In this document: positions 10,661-20,962 of the stretch, in pieces
How positions within the stretch are numbered: position 1 is the first letter of the stretch
Layout of the letters: each line of letters opens with the position of its first letter
NCBI GenBank assembly: GCA_036339735.1
Contig: JAYZAL010000053.1
Coordinates: 1-63,264, forward strand
From: Candidatus Poribacteria bacterium
GTDB lineage: Bacteria > Poribacteria > WGA-4E > UBA9662
Direction of reading: 5' to 3'
DNA length: 63,264 nt
Translations under genes and position numbers: made by a program
Notes under the pieces: model-generated
The model's database searches: none
The model's input: only the letters and a program-made list of their open reading frames with translations
What the model was told of the DNA's origin: nothing

Positions 10661-11641
10661 TCAATGAGTTCTTGTGGCCCAGAAATAATCTGCGTTACTA
10701 CCCATCTGATCACGTAAGCTGAGGGTTACCTGGTCTAGTTTTTGTTCTAACTCAGGCGAGATTACATAGTTAACAGTTTTCAAATTCTCCGTTAATTCAT
10801 CAACATTTCGTGTTCCCACTAATACACAGGAGACAGCCGATTTTGCCATTACCCACGCGATTGACAGTCGGCTCATAGGTTGATTCTCATCTCTACAAAT
10901 ATGTCGGATTTGTTCTATTGTTTCCCACATTTTGGTTTCAGCACCCGATTCTCTATGTATCGACATTTCCTTATTCGAACGAAAGTGGCGAAACCGAGAC
11001 TGCTGAGGTGGAATATCTTCAATTCGTTGAAAACGATCAGCTAAAATACCTTGAAGTAGTGGCATATAAGCTAAAATACCAATTTTATTTTGCGTACATA
11101 GCGGCATTATTTCTATTTCAATTGCTCGGGACAATAAGTTGTAACAAAGCTGGTTAATCTCAATCTGATCGTTTACTACCAGACCTTCTGACAATTGTTT
11201 AACACCAAAATTACAAACTCCAATAGCCCTAACCTTTCCCGCTCTTTTGATTTGCATCAAACTTTCAAATAATTCATCAGCTGAATATTTCGGATTAGGC
11301 CAATGAACCATATAAAGATCAACATAATCTGTTTGCAATCGACGTAAGCTACTTTCAAGTTGTTGAGATAATGTTTGTGGGTTAACATCTCCTGTTTTTG
11401 TACCAATTACAGCCTCTTGTCGCCTTGATTTAAGCGCGATTCCGAGAGACTCTTCACTTCGACCTTCGTTATAACCAGCTGCTGTATCAAAAAAGTTGAT
11501 ACCATTATCTAACGCCGCCCCTACAACTTCATCAACATCTGATTGGGCTTGAAGTCCCCAATAATCACCACCCCCATAAGACCAGCAACCAATTCCCATC
11601 GCTGGGAAGGTCACTCCACTACGATTTGGTATCTTATCCAT
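10661..11641 (-). CDS. Aldo/keto reductase
   Basis: GIGCW, FFDTAAGY, SLRRLQTDYVDLYMVHWP, GKVRAIGVCNF, YMPLLQGIL. Confidence 0.95.
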   Translation of the reverse strand: MDKIPNRSGVTFPAMGIGCWSYGGGDYWGLQAQSDVDEVVGAALDNGINFFDTAAGYNEGRSEESLGIALKSRRQEAVIGTKTGDVNPQTLSQQLESSLRRLQTDYVDLYMVHWPNPKYSADELFESLMQIKRAGKVRAIGVCNFGVKQLSEGLVVNDQIEINQLCYNLLSRAIEIEIMPLCTQNKIGILAYMPLLQGILADRFQRIEDIPPQQSRFRHFRSNKEMSIHRESGAETKMWETIEQIRHICRDENQPMSRLSIAWVMAKSAVSCVLVGTRNVDELTENLKTVNYVISPELEQKLDQVTLSLRDQMGSNADYFWATRTH

Positions 11642-11665
11642 ATTTCATCTCGCCATTTTCTATAG

Positions 11666-13531
11666 CTAATAAGCACCTTCAATTACTCGACGTAGGTAGT
11701 AGTAATGCAAATCATCGTTTTTTCGTTCAACAAATCCTTCATTACCGTCAGCCATCAAAAATCTAATGCAATCACAATCTTCGATTGAAGTATGAACTAT
11801 CTCACTTAATTTGTGCTTATACTTGCTTTCAAATTCTGAAATTATGAGGGATTGAACCATCTCTATATTGTTCAAGTCAAAATTCCGAGATTGGATTGGA
11901 ATCTCTAAGACCTTAACTTTAGCCCCCTGATAGTTAAACCATCGACTGGTCCTTAATTGAGCAACAAGTGGTTGTAGAGCTTCCTGAGTACCGATTCTAC
12001 TCAAAGCTTCTGCAGAAAAAGCTCGGATATAAGGTGAGGAAGATTTGAGAGCTTTTGACAGAGCTGGAATAGCCGACTCTGCGGATTGGCCAATGCGAAC
12101 TAAAGCTTGTGCAGCGAACAAAGACAGTGGCATATCTTCAGAATCTTCCAATATACTCACTAACACTGGTACAACCTTAGAAATAGGGGTTTTAATGATG
12201 CCTAAGGCGGAAATTATATGTTGATTGACAGGGCTATTAGAATTGGATAACAAATTTAATAAATCAGGAGTAGCATTAGTTGAACGCCAGCTCATTTCAC
12301 CTAAGGCATAAGCAGCCTGGGACTGGATATGCTCTTCGGGTTCACATAGCGCTTGTTTTAGAGCTGGGACAGCTGGTTCACCAATAGCCGCTAAGCTATG
12401 AGCCGCATCAGACATATGCAGTATAGGCTCTTCATCATAATCATCTTTACTGTATCTTAACTGTTCAATTAGTGGTTCAACTGCGCTTTCACCGATCGCT
12501 GCGAGTGCGTAAGTAGCATTCAGCCGAATTGGTTCGTAATCATCTTGTAGTTGAGCAATTAAATCAGTAATAGCAATGTTAGCCGACTGCCGAAGAAACC
12601 CTAGCTCTTTGATTGATTCCAATCGTTTCTGTCGATTATCGGCTGATAGCTGACTCACCCAGTACCGAATACTTTCTTCTGTGGGTTTACGCTTGGTTTC
12701 GAACAAATCTGATTTGCCAGATAGCCAATTCCAAACATAAGTCCATACAATTTCGTAATCATTAGAAACCCAGTTATTTTTCGGTGGATACCAGTAATTT
12801 TCAGTATTATGCCACGATGGAATTGTGGGCTCTTCCGTTCTCATATAAACGAATTTCATCCCATAACGGGCTAAGTCTTGATAGTTCTGAAAAACAGAAT
12901 GAGCAATATCGAAGTGCATCACCCAAACATCTCCAAGTTCTCCTTCCAGGGTGGTTAGGTGGCGATTAGTAAAAGTGTCGGGTAGCAGAAATGTCCCATT
13001 TCCTTGCGGATCTGGAACCAAATCTCTAGTATTCAAATCCCTAGAGGAAATATCCTTTAAATATTGATTACCTGGAATTAGGCAAGTTGGGCCGAGCTCA
13101 ATCGGGCATTCTTGCGGAAAATAGAATAAGATAGCCCAACGAGGTAAATGATGCCGAGGGCGTTTACCCGTAGCATGTCCATCTTTGTGAAGAGGCATAG
13201 TTAACGCTTTCGATTCGGATGGTTCCTGAGGGAAATTGGGGTGGCAATGGCGGTGAGGATGCAGGACGCAATCATCTCCAAGAATACTGCTTAAAGCCCC
13301 TCGGACCTGTGGAGCGTCGAGAACTTCTTGTAGTTCATGCACCATCGGCAAAATATTATTAAGTGGGTTATACCGGCGTTCAAAAGACCTACAACGCTCG
13401 AATATGGCGTTGGTTTTATCGAAAATTCGTTTGTGTAATTGGGTTGGAAGGTCCGTCTGAACTTTGACATAACCATTGACGATGAAATGCCGCATTTGTT
13501 CATCATTCAACAAGTTTTGGTTGTCTATCAC
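11666..13531 (-). CDS. PhyH-like Fe(II)/2OG dioxygenase domain fused to HEAT (PBS lyase-type) repeats
   Basis: N-terminal FIVNGYVKV, HxD (LHKDG) and distal His (HFDIAH). C-terminal repeats ALAAIGESAVEPL, AAYALGEM, AQALVRIG, AEALSRIG. GTG start with GGAG RBS. Confidence 0.8.
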   Translation of the reverse strand: MIDNQNLLNDEQMRHFIVNGYVKVQTDLPTQLHKRIFDKTNAIFERCRSFERRYNPLNNILPMVHELQEVLDAPQVRGALSSILGDDCVLHPHRHCHPNFPQEPSESKALTMPLHKDGHATGKRPRHHLPRWAILFYFPQECPIELGPTCLIPGNQYLKDISSRDLNTRDLVPDPQGNGTFLLPDTFTNRHLTTLEGELGDVWVMHFDIAHSVFQNYQDLARYGMKFVYMRTEEPTIPSWHNTENYWYPPKNNWVSNDYEIVWTYVWNWLSGKSDLFETKRKPTEESIRYWVSQLSADNRQKRLESIKELGFLRQSANIAITDLIAQLQDDYEPIRLNATYALAAIGESAVEPLIEQLRYSKDDYDEEPILHMSDAAHSLAAIGEPAVPALKQALCEPEEHIQSQAAYALGEMSWRSTNATPDLLNLLSNSNSPVNQHIISALGIIKTPISKVVPVLVSILEDSEDMPLSLFAAQALVRIGQSAESAIPALSKALKSSSPYIRAFSAEALSRIGTQEALQPLVAQLRTSRWFNYQGAKVKVLEIPIQSRNFDLNNIEMVQSLIISEFESKYKHKLSEIVHTSIEDCDCIRFLMADGNEGFVERKNDDLHYYYLRRVIEGAY

Positions 13532-13594
13532 AAAAACTCCTAAATACTAAATAATGGAGGTTAATCATAATTAACTTTCTAAGTATCAATCTGG

Positions 13595-13623
13595 ATTATC
13601 AACGACGTTTATGCCAAAGTCAA
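13595..13623 (-). promoter_or_regulatory. Sigma70-type promoter for the PhyH-HEAT operon
   Basis: Minus strand reads TTGACT-N17-GATAAT, about 65 nt upstream of the GTG at 13531. Confidence 0.5.
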
Positions 13624-13696
13624 ACTAAAAATCTATACGATCTAATCTTAATCAGACGGACTTATAGATCCTTACCTGTTCAATCATTATTTTTCG

Positions 13697-13705
13697 TGTT
13701 ATAAT
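13697..13705 (+). promoter_or_regulatory. Extended -10 promoter element upstream of recN
   Basis: TGTTATAAT matches TGnTATAAT. Confidence 0.55.
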
Positions 13706-13831
13706 CACGGCGTTAAGTGCGTGCGATTTGGCTGAATCCGGCTTGTCATCTGTTGACTACAGTAAGGCGTTCAAATTGCCTCGGGTACACTCCTTCCCTA
13801 CTGCTTCTATCATTTCGACGAAAAATTTGGC

Positions 13832-15496
13832 ATGATTACGGAACTTTATATTGAAAATATTGCCCTGATTGATCAAGTCCAATTGACTTTTTCACCTCGA
13901 TTTAACATTCTAACTGGCGAGACTGGCGCTGGTAAGTCAGTGATTCTTCACTCTCTTGGCTTAGTTTTGGGCGAGCGAATACGAGGTAATATCGTTCGCA
14001 AAGGCCAGGAACAAGCGACAATACAAATTGTTGCAGACCCTGTTGCACCAGTTTTTCAACAAATACAGAAGAGCTTACAAACAATTGAAATTGATGATGA
14101 AGAACTATTAACTCTTCATCGTCAAATAACTCAAAGTGGTAGAAGCCGTAGTAATATAAATGGACACGTTATTAACCTCAAACAGTTAAAGACTCTTGGT
14201 CATTTGTTAGTTGATATTCACGGTCAACACCAACATCAATCTCTTTTTCAACAAGGAATGCATAGTCAAATTCTGGACGATTATGGTGGCTTAATATCCT
14301 TGAGGCAAGAAGTGGCCTCAAAATACGAGTCGGCACAATCGCTTACACACCAGATTACCAAATTAAATCACGACTATCAACAGCTGAAAGCGGAAAAGGA
14401 TCTCCTCAGTTTTCAGGTCAAAGAAATTGCTGAAGCTGATTTACAAGTCGGCGAAGAAGAAGAACTTAACAAGGAACGTCAACGCTTATCGAATGCCCAG
14501 CAACTTTTTGAATTAGCCGATCAGATTTATCAGGGGTTACTTGGCGGGCAAATGAAACCGTCGTTGCTGGATACCTTGAGAGCATTAAACAAATCGTCAA
14601 CTAAGTTAGCTGATTTAGATGAACAAATTGAATCTACTAACCAAAGGTTAGAGTCAACGCTCTATGAAATCGAAGATTTGGCTCAAGATATGCGGGACTA
14701 TCGCGATCAAATCGAGTTTTTACCAAGGCGATTGAATGAAATCGAAGATAGGCTTTCAATTTTCAGTCGGATGAAGCAAAAATATGGTGCTACAACAGAA
14801 CAAGTCATTGGTCATTATCAAAAAGCAGTTGAAAAATTAGAAACCATTGAATTATCTTCTGAAAAAATTAAAATAGTGCAAGAAAAGCTACAAAAAGTCG
14901 AAAAGTCGGCCCAAGCGAAAGCGGAGTTGCTTTCAGTTAAGCGAAAATCCATTGCAAGAAAGCTAGAAACACTGATACAAAAAGAACTACGTACTTTGAG
15001 CATGGAGAAGGCACAGTTTTATATCTCGCAAGAACAAACCGATTTGACCGCTACCGGTATTGATTCTATTGAATTTTTAGTTTCTACTAATATCGGATCC
15101 GAACTCAAGCCACTAGTAGAAATTGCTTCAGGTGGAGAAATTTCTCGTCTCATGTTGGCGTTGAAAAGTATCCTTGCCCAAACTGATCCAATCCCAACCT
15201 TAATTTTCGATGAAATTGATGTGGGCATCGGTGGGCACACTGCCAATGTAGTAGGGCATAAATTGAAACAGTTGTCACAATTTCGTCAGTTAATCTGTAT
15301 TTCCCACCTACCACAGATCGCCAGTCTAGCAGATAAACACTTTCGCATAAACAAGAAAGTTATTGGAAAAAATACTTTTATTACTGCTAAAGAATTAACA
15401 ATGGAAGAACGTATCGAGGAGATTGCGAGAATGCAGGGTGGACAAGATACAGATACAGCAATTGCTCATGCTAAAGAGCTACTGAATCTCTCTTAG
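13832..15496 (+). CDS. recN: DNA repair protein RecN
   Basis: Walker A LTGETGAGKS, DIHGQHQHQ, long coiled coil, signature ASGGEISR, Walker B IFDEIDVGIGG, ISHLPQIA. Confidence 0.97.
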   Translation: MITELYIENIALIDQVQLTFSPRFNILTGETGAGKSVILHSLGLVLGERIRGNIVRKGQEQATIQIVADPVAPVFQQIQKSLQTIEIDDEELLTLHRQITQSGRSRSNINGHVINLKQLKTLGHLLVDIHGQHQHQSLFQQGMHSQILDDYGGLISLRQEVASKYESAQSLTHQITKLNHDYQQLKAEKDLLSFQVKEIAEADLQVGEEEELNKERQRLSNAQQLFELADQIYQGLLGGQMKPSLLDTLRALNKSSTKLADLDEQIESTNQRLESTLYEIEDLAQDMRDYRDQIEFLPRRLNEIEDRLSIFSRMKQKYGATTEQVIGHYQKAVEKLETIELSSEKIKIVQEKLQKVEKSAQAKAELLSVKRKSIARKLETLIQKELRTLSMEKAQFYISQEQTDLTATGIDSIEFLVSTNIGSELKPLVEIASGGEISRLMLALKSILAQTDPIPTLIFDEIDVGIGGHTANVVGHKLKQLSQFRQLICISHLPQIASLADKHFRINKKVIGKNTFITAKELTMEERIEEIARMQGGQDTDTAIAHAKELLNLS

Positions 15497-15508
15497 ATGA
15501 TTGTTTGA

Positions 15509-15561
15509 CGTCAGCAGTATTAGCCCTTGAATAAGAATTGACTTTAGGGGATGTGCTGATG
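15509..15561. terminator. Imperfect hairpin between convergent genes (possible bidirectional terminator)
   Basis: CGTCAGCA...CCCTTGA / TTAGGGG...TGCTGATG pairing between the recN and epimerase stop codons. Confidence 0.35.
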
Positions 15562-15624
15562 CTCCAAATAGCACTTCAATTTAACAATAATGTAGTAAAA
15601 CTTACACGGAAAAGGTTCGTGCAT

Positions 15625-16584
15625 TTAGGTTGGCACTTCGATATAGTCAAGGCCGTTAAGTTCACGAAATAGATTGATTGTTCTGACGATGCCTTGTTCC
15701 ATGTTGTAGCTGGGAACGAAACCAATCTCTTCTTCTATCGGAGTTGCGTCATAATCCCAAGAGATACCAAATAAGCCGGGTTCCAACGTTAGATCCGCAG
15801 AGGGTACTAATTTTTTGACGTATTCAAACCCTTCTTTTACTGGCCAAAGCCCACCTTTAACATTAAAGACACGAGTTTGAGTAGTTGGGCAATCACAAGA
15901 CATGACGATAGAATGAGACACATCCTCAACGTACTGCCAATCAACTTTATCGTCCCCAAATGGAACAATATAAGGTTTGCCTAAGGCAGCAGATTCAATC
16001 ATCTGCGTCGTGAAAGAGCTCATACCTCTTGTTCGCCCCACACCATAAACAGCAGTAAATCTAAGACCAATAGTATCCAGCCCATATTCATCGAAGTAAT
16101 GTTGAGCATATCTTTCATTAAGGGATTTGCATGCTCCATAGATAAATTTTGGAAAGTGAGGAGCATCATTACCGATACGCTGATAACCATAGTCCTCTGG
16201 TAGACCAAAGACAGCCACACTGCTAGCCCAGACGACCCTCTGAATATCAAAAAGGCGTGCTGCCTCGAATACGTTGATGGTAGCCTCTGACACTACTCTA
16301 AGAGCCTGTGGTGGATTAGACTGACAAGCCGGAACTTGCCAAGAAGCTAGGTGAATGATACGGTCGACTTGATGCTTCTTAAGTGCTCTCATCAAACTGG
16401 AGGCATCGGTAATATCACCAGGTACGAATTCAATCTTATCAAGTTGCTTATCAGTTAGTACCATCTTTGGTATAGTCAAATCGTAAGTAAGATCGTAGAC
16501 GACGATTTCGGCTGCTTGTTTCAGCAAATCCCGAATAACGTAAGACCCAATACAACCAAAACCGCCTGTGATCAGATATTTCAC
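15625..16584 (-). CDS. NAD-dependent epimerase/dehydratase (extended SDR)
   Basis: LITGGFGCIG, IIHLAS, WASSVAVFG, YxxxK (YGACK), LRFTAVYG. Confidence 0.92.
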   Translation of the reverse strand: MKYLITGGFGCIGSYVIRDLLKQAAEIVVYDLTYDLTIPKMVLTDKQLDKIEFVPGDITDASSLMRALKKHQVDRIIHLASWQVPACQSNPPQALRVVSEATINVFEAARLFDIQRVVWASSVAVFGLPEDYGYQRIGNDAPHFPKFIYGACKSLNERYAQHYFDEYGLDTIGLRFTAVYGVGRTRGMSSFTTQMIESAALGKPYIVPFGDDKVDWQYVEDVSHSIVMSCDCPTTQTRVFNVKGGLWPVKEGFEYVKKLVPSADLTLEPGLFGISWDYDATPIEEEIGFVPSYNMEQGIVRTINLFRELNGLDYIEVPT

Positions 16585-16913
16585 ACGTCAACTCCATCCT
16601 TGTTTTTTGGAGAATCGACATCCACCAAAATATCTTCTCCTTCAATTTTTACCGGATAAGAAATTAAATCTGCGTCGCCAGGCCAAACAGAGGTGCCAGT
16701 TTTTACATCGAACTCCCACATATGCAAAGGGCAAGATACTACACACCCATCTAACCAACCATGGTGTAAGCTAGCTCCCATATGAGGACAGACATCATCG
16801 ATGGCAAAGTACTCGCCATCAACATTATAAATTCCTACGAACAACTGGTCCAGCCGAACACCAAAACCACGACCGGGTTTCACTTGATCAACAGTCGCTG
16901 CTTTTACATACAT
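16581..16913 (-). CDS. Rieske [2Fe-2S] ferredoxin
   Basis: CPHMG and CPLHMWEFDVKTG Rieske motifs; 4-nt overlap with the downstream gene. Confidence 0.92.
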   Translation of the reverse strand: MYVKAATVDQVKPGRGFGVRLDQLFVGIYNVDGEYFAIDDVCPHMGASLHHGWLDGCVVSCPLHMWEFDVKTGTSVWPGDADLISYPVKIEGEDILVDVDSPKNKDGVDV

Positions 16914-16972
16914 ATCGTATTTCCCTCCAAAAAATATCGATTGAGTACTTTAGCTACTCGATAAGTATAGAT

Positions 16973-18106
16973 TTATCCTAAAAAGGTTTGTTGAGCCGCT
17001 GTTATCGATGAACCAAGGCTAATAGAGTAACCTGTTTCTATAAGACCACGTTCCAATGCGGCAAGAGCTATAACTACATCTTGTTCTGTTACCCATCCCA
17101 AATGCGCAATTCGGATAATTTTTCCACTGAGTTGTGCTTGTCCTCCTGCATAGGTTACTCCGTGACGCTTTCGCATTGTTTTGACAAAAGTCTCACCATC
17201 AATTTCATCAGGTAACCGAATTGAGGTAACTGTGTTTGCAGGGGTCTGTGCAAAACAATCAAAACCTAGTGCCCGAATACCATTTCTGGTGGCCTTTGCT
17301 AGACGAGAGTGTCGAGCAAGTACGTTTTTAATCTGTTCTTGACAAATCAAAGTAAGCGATTGATTTAAGGCAGAAATGAAAGTAACGGCCGGTGTGTAAG
17401 GAGTCGAGCCACTTTGCGCTGACTGACGAGATTTCTGCAGGTCAAAGTAAAACTTGGGTAAGTTAGACTGTGTCGTAACTTGCCAAGCCTTATCACTAAG
17501 AGCAATCAACCCAATACCAGGAGGTGTCATTAAACCTTTATGAGAAGCTGAAACAACAACGTCAACCCCCCAATTATCCATCTCCAAATTATCGGCAGCT
17601 AAAGCGCTAACAGCATCTACTACAAGTAGTGTGTCGAATTTATCTAATACTTGTCCTAGTCCTTGAATATCATGAAGCGCACCAGTTGAGGTTTCACATA
17701 AAGTAGAGAAGACGACCTTGCAGTTCGGCATTTTATGCAACATACTTTCAATTTGTTCAGGATCAATTGAGTGCCCCCATTCAATATCAATTGGCTGAAA
17801 GCTAACACCATATGCAGAGCAAATTTCACCCCATCGTTCACCAAACTTACCGCTACGAATTACTATAACTTGGTCGTCAGGGGACAACAAGTTTGCCACG
17901 GTGGCCTCTAGAGCACCAGTCCCTGAACAGGTTAGCATTAGTACTTGGTTCTGTGTTTGGAAAACATGCTGTAACTGTTCCGAAACAGATTGAATCAGCT
18001 GCGCGGATTCGGTAGTCCGGTGGTAGTCTATCGGCTTTGCCATTTCAAGCAAAGCCTGAGGTGGAATTGGTGTAGGGCCAGGAGCAAACAGATAAGATTT
18101 TTTCAT
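16973..18106 (-). CDS. Alanine-glyoxylate/serine-pyruvate aminotransferase (class V PLP)
   Basis: APGPTP, SGTGALEA, ETSTG, VDAVSAL, PLP-Lys in SASHKGLMTPPG, RIAHLG. Confidence 0.92.
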   Translation of the reverse strand: MKKSYLFAPGPTPIPPQALLEMAKPIDYHRTTESAQLIQSVSEQLQHVFQTQNQVLMLTCSGTGALEATVANLLSPDDQVIVIRSGKFGERWGEICSAYGVSFQPIDIEWGHSIDPEQIESMLHKMPNCKVVFSTLCETSTGALHDIQGLGQVLDKFDTLLVVDAVSALAADNLEMDNWGVDVVVSASHKGLMTPPGIGLIALSDKAWQVTTQSNLPKFYFDLQKSRQSAQSGSTPYTPAVTFISALNQSLTLICQEQIKNVLARHSRLAKATRNGIRALGFDCFAQTPANTVTSIRLPDEIDGETFVKTMRKRHGVTYAGGQAQLSGKIIRIAHLGWVTEQDVVIALAALERGLIETGYSISLGSSITAAQQTFLG

Positions 18107-18152
18107 CTATAAATTCTTATGTTGTGATAGCTCAATACTTCAGGGTGAATAC

Positions 18153-18398
18153 TTAGACTAGTTCCCCTGTTCCTTGCTGTGCATTTACTTGGTTGTTAGC
18201 TGAAATCGGTTTGTCGCTGACTTGAACACGCACCCATTCATGCCCTAGATAGTCGAGTATTTTCATTAAGTTGTCTCTTTGACGAGGAGTGTCGACAGGT
18301 GCTTCAAAGGTTAAAGTGGCAAATTCCTCTTTCTGGATAGCACCATCTTTATCGTATTTAGTAGGGGTTATTTGAATTTTTTTTAATTTGGCATCCAT
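18153..18398 (-). CDS. Small hypothetical protein
   Basis: 81-aa ORF filling the gap in a co-directional run; no family recognised. Confidence 0.6.
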   Translation of the reverse strand: MDAKLKKIQITPTKYDKDGAIQKEEFATLTFEAPVDTPRQRDNLMKILDYLGHEWVRVQVSDKPISANNQVNAQQGTGELV

Positions 18399-18439
18399 AT
18401 ACTTAAACGCTCTATTCTAATGTTGATGGTTCTTATTGG

Positions 18440-19258
18440 CTAAATTTGAGAGACTACACAGTTTGTGACTAAACGAGTAAACTTTTCTAATTGTTGAGGT
18501 TCTAGGTCTAGTGGAAAGGTTGATTCCGCACCAGTTTTCCCGATACGGGTTGGTAATCTAAGGAATATATGGTGAGTCGTGTGTGTCGAAGATGCGACTG
18601 TCACCAAACGTTTCTTATCCTGAATAATTGCATCGACGACTTGAGCTAAGGAGACTTTTATTAGGTCGATTGAAATAGGAATTCGCCTCAGCGAGATGAT
18701 TTCGTTGATTTGGCTATTTGACAAAAAGTGCTGAATGGGAATACCGTTTACTCGACAGTACTGAGGGATAATCTGAACTTCTTCATCATTACCAATAGTA
18801 AAAGTAGTTACGTCCTCAGTCGCTACTCCAATCTGATTAGCAATATGACGTCGCAGGTAAGATGAGCCAGTAGAAGGAATGCCAAGTACACGGCAAGCCG
18901 CCCCACCGATCATCCTAGCAATATCAGCCGATAATCGACAGACAGAACGTCCAACAACTAAAATCTTGGCATTTGAATTTATACGATTAATAAATGGGTC
19001 AAGAGGGAACGACAGACTTATTTTATGCAAACTGGAACAGATAATGATGATATCTGAACAGTTTAGGCTTGCTCCGCTTTGGCACTGGTCCAAATTTGTA
19101 TAGGAGCCTGAATTAGCAAGACAATCTTGTGCAGTACTCAAGTTCTGTGGAGAAATAGAACCAATAATGCGTACATTGGTATACCGATTTTCTTGGCCTA
19201 AAAAGATAGCCAAAGGCAGAGCTACTTGGCTATCACCTAGTAAGCTAATTGTGGACAT
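18440..19258 (-). CDS. Degenerate malate/lactate dehydrogenase-fold protein (catalytic residues absent)
   Basis: MDH-like segments (SDIIII, NAKILVV, RVLGI, RRHIANQIGVATEDV, CRVNGIPI, VDAIIQDKKRL, LPTRIGKTG) are present, but GxGxxG, the RKPG loop, LDSAR and GxHGD are missing. Confidence 0.7.
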   Translation of the reverse strand: MSTISLLGDSQVALPLAIFLGQENRYTNVRIIGSISPQNLSTAQDCLANSGSYTNLDQCQSGASLNCSDIIIICSSLHKISLSFPLDPFINRINSNAKILVVGRSVCRLSADIARMIGGAACRVLGIPSTGSSYLRRHIANQIGVATEDVTTFTIGNDEEVQIIPQYCRVNGIPIQHFLSNSQINEIISLRRIPISIDLIKVSLAQVVDAIIQDKKRLVTVASSTHTTHHIFLRLPTRIGKTGAESTFPLDLEPQQLEKFTRLVTNCVVSQI

Positions 19259-19362
19259 GTATTAAAGTATTTTTGATTTGTCAATTTTGAAATAGTTAAT
19301 AAAAACGTGATTCGATCAGAAAACAAAAAACAGATCATCTGACGATCACCCAAAATAAGAGG

Positions 19363-20841
19363 TTAGGTTAAGACGCTATAGTTCGGCGCCTCCTCAGTTA
19401 TTACGACATCATGTGGGTGGCTTTCCCTTCGGCCACTAGTAGTAACTCGGACAAATTGGCTATTAATTCGAAGAGAATCGATGTCTGGTGCCCCACAATA
19501 CCCCATAGCAGACTTGAGCCCTCCTACAAATTGATAAATAAACTCACTAAGCTGTCCTTTGTAAGGAATACGCCCCTCAATACCTTCTGGAACGAGCTTA
19601 GAGTTTTCCTGATCTTCTTGTCCATATCGTTCCCGTGCGCCCCGCTCTTTCATGGCACTTAGGGAACCCATACCCCGGTACACCTTAAACTTTCTTCCTT
19701 GATAAATAACTGTTTCACCGGGGCTTTCATCGGTTCCAGCAAATAGACTCCCGATCATAACCGAACTTGCACCAGCTGCGATGGCCTTGGCTACATCCCC
19801 AGAATATCGGACACCACCATCAGCGATAATCGGTATATCACATCGATCAGCGATTTGCGCACAGTCGTAGATTGCTGTAATCTGTGGCACACCAATACCC
19901 GCAATAACACGAGTTGTACATATGGAGCCAGGTCCAACCCCAACTTTAATCCCGTCAGCACCGGCCTCAATCAGCTTTCGAGTAGCTTCTTCAGTAACTA
20001 CATTACCTACAATCAGGTCTACCGAGGGAAATTCCCCCTTAACTCTTTCGGTTGCTTTAATCACATTTTTGGCATGACCATGTGCGGTATCAATTACGAG
20101 CGCGTCAACTTTAGCTTCAACTAGCTTGGAAACATCTGATAAAGATGAATTAGGACTAATCGCAGCCCCAACACGCAAACGGCCTTGTTCATCCTTACAA
20201 GCCAATGGATAATCACGAACTTTATCGATATCTTTTATGGTAATGAGGCCACAGAGATTAAAGTCTTCATCTACAATTGGGAGCTTCTCTTTTCGGATTC
20301 GTTTCAGAATGTTTTTGGCTTCTTCTAAATTTATACCCGGAGGCGCAGTCACTAAATCACTACTGGGAGTCATCAACTCAGTAACCGGCAAACTGAAGTC
20401 ATCTTGGTATTTGAGGTCTCGATTTGTAATCAGGCCTATTAATTTTCCTGTTCCAGTTACTATTGGTACACCACCGATACGAAATTTGGCTGCTATTTTG
20501 TGTGCATCTCCTACATTCTTATCAGGATCTAGCGTAATTGGGTTGGTGATCATACCACTTTCCGAACGCTTAACTTTATCGACTTCTTGTACTTGATCTT
20601 CAACACTACAATTGCGATGAATGATACCGATACCCCCTTCGCGAGCAAGGCCTATTGCTAAGCGAGCTTCTGTCACAGTATCCATAGCTGAGCTGCAGAT
20701 GGGAACATTCAAATAAATATTGCGAGTTAAACGGGTTTGCGTTGAAACACTCTGGGGAGAAATATCTGATTCAGCTGGAATGATTAATACATCATCGAAG
20801 GTTAGCCCTTCTTTCCTGAATTTTCTTTTACTCATTGACAT
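19363..20841 (-). CDS. guaB: Inosine-5'-monophosphate dehydrogenase with CBS pair
   Basis: [24 protein letters not shown], catalytic [22 protein letters not shown]. Start chosen at ATG 20841 (AAAGGA RBS). Confidence 0.98.
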   Translation of the reverse strand: MSMSKRKFRKEGLTFDDVLIIPAESDISPQSVSTQTRLTRNIYLNVPICSSAMDTVTEARLAIGLAREGGIGIIHRNCSVEDQVQEVDKVKRSESGMITNPITLDPDKNVGDAHKIAAKFRIGGVPIVTGTGKLIGLITNRDLKYQDDFSLPVTELMTPSSDLVTAPPGINLEEAKNILKRIRKEKLPIVDEDFNLCGLITIKDIDKVRDYPLACKDEQGRLRVGAAISPNSSLSDVSKLVEAKVDALVIDTAHGHAKNVIKATERVKGEFPSVDLIVGNVVTEEATRKLIEAGADGIKVGVGPGSICTTRVIAGIGVPQITAIYDCAQIADRCDIPIIADGGVRYSGDVAKAIAAGASSVMIGSLFAGTDESPGETVIYQGRKFKVYRGMGSLSAMKERGARERYGQEDQENSKLVPEGIEGRIPYKGQLSEFIYQFVGGLKSAMGYCGAPDIDSLRINSQFVRVTTSGRRESHPHDVVITEEAPNYSVLT

Positions 20842-20962
20842 CCGAATCACATCCTTTGATTACAACCAACTTCGAGCCAAGCAGACCTAACCATCAAAGA
20901 CATAAGGAGACCCAACTGATAATAACACGTCTTGCGAATCAGTTCAAAATGAAATCCGAATG

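Noticed and set aside
13706-13730. GCGTTAAGTG resembles the THF riboswitch core
   Set aside because: The flanking AGAGUAG, GGGAUGU and closing CCGC elements are absent, and the downstream gene (recN) is unrelated to folate.
13750-13762. CTGT-N5-ACAG upstream of recN as a LexA/SOS box (similar string at 4978-4990)
   Set aside because: The proteobacterial SOS box needs CTGT-N8-ACAG; the spacing is wrong, and the second copy is not in front of a repair gene.
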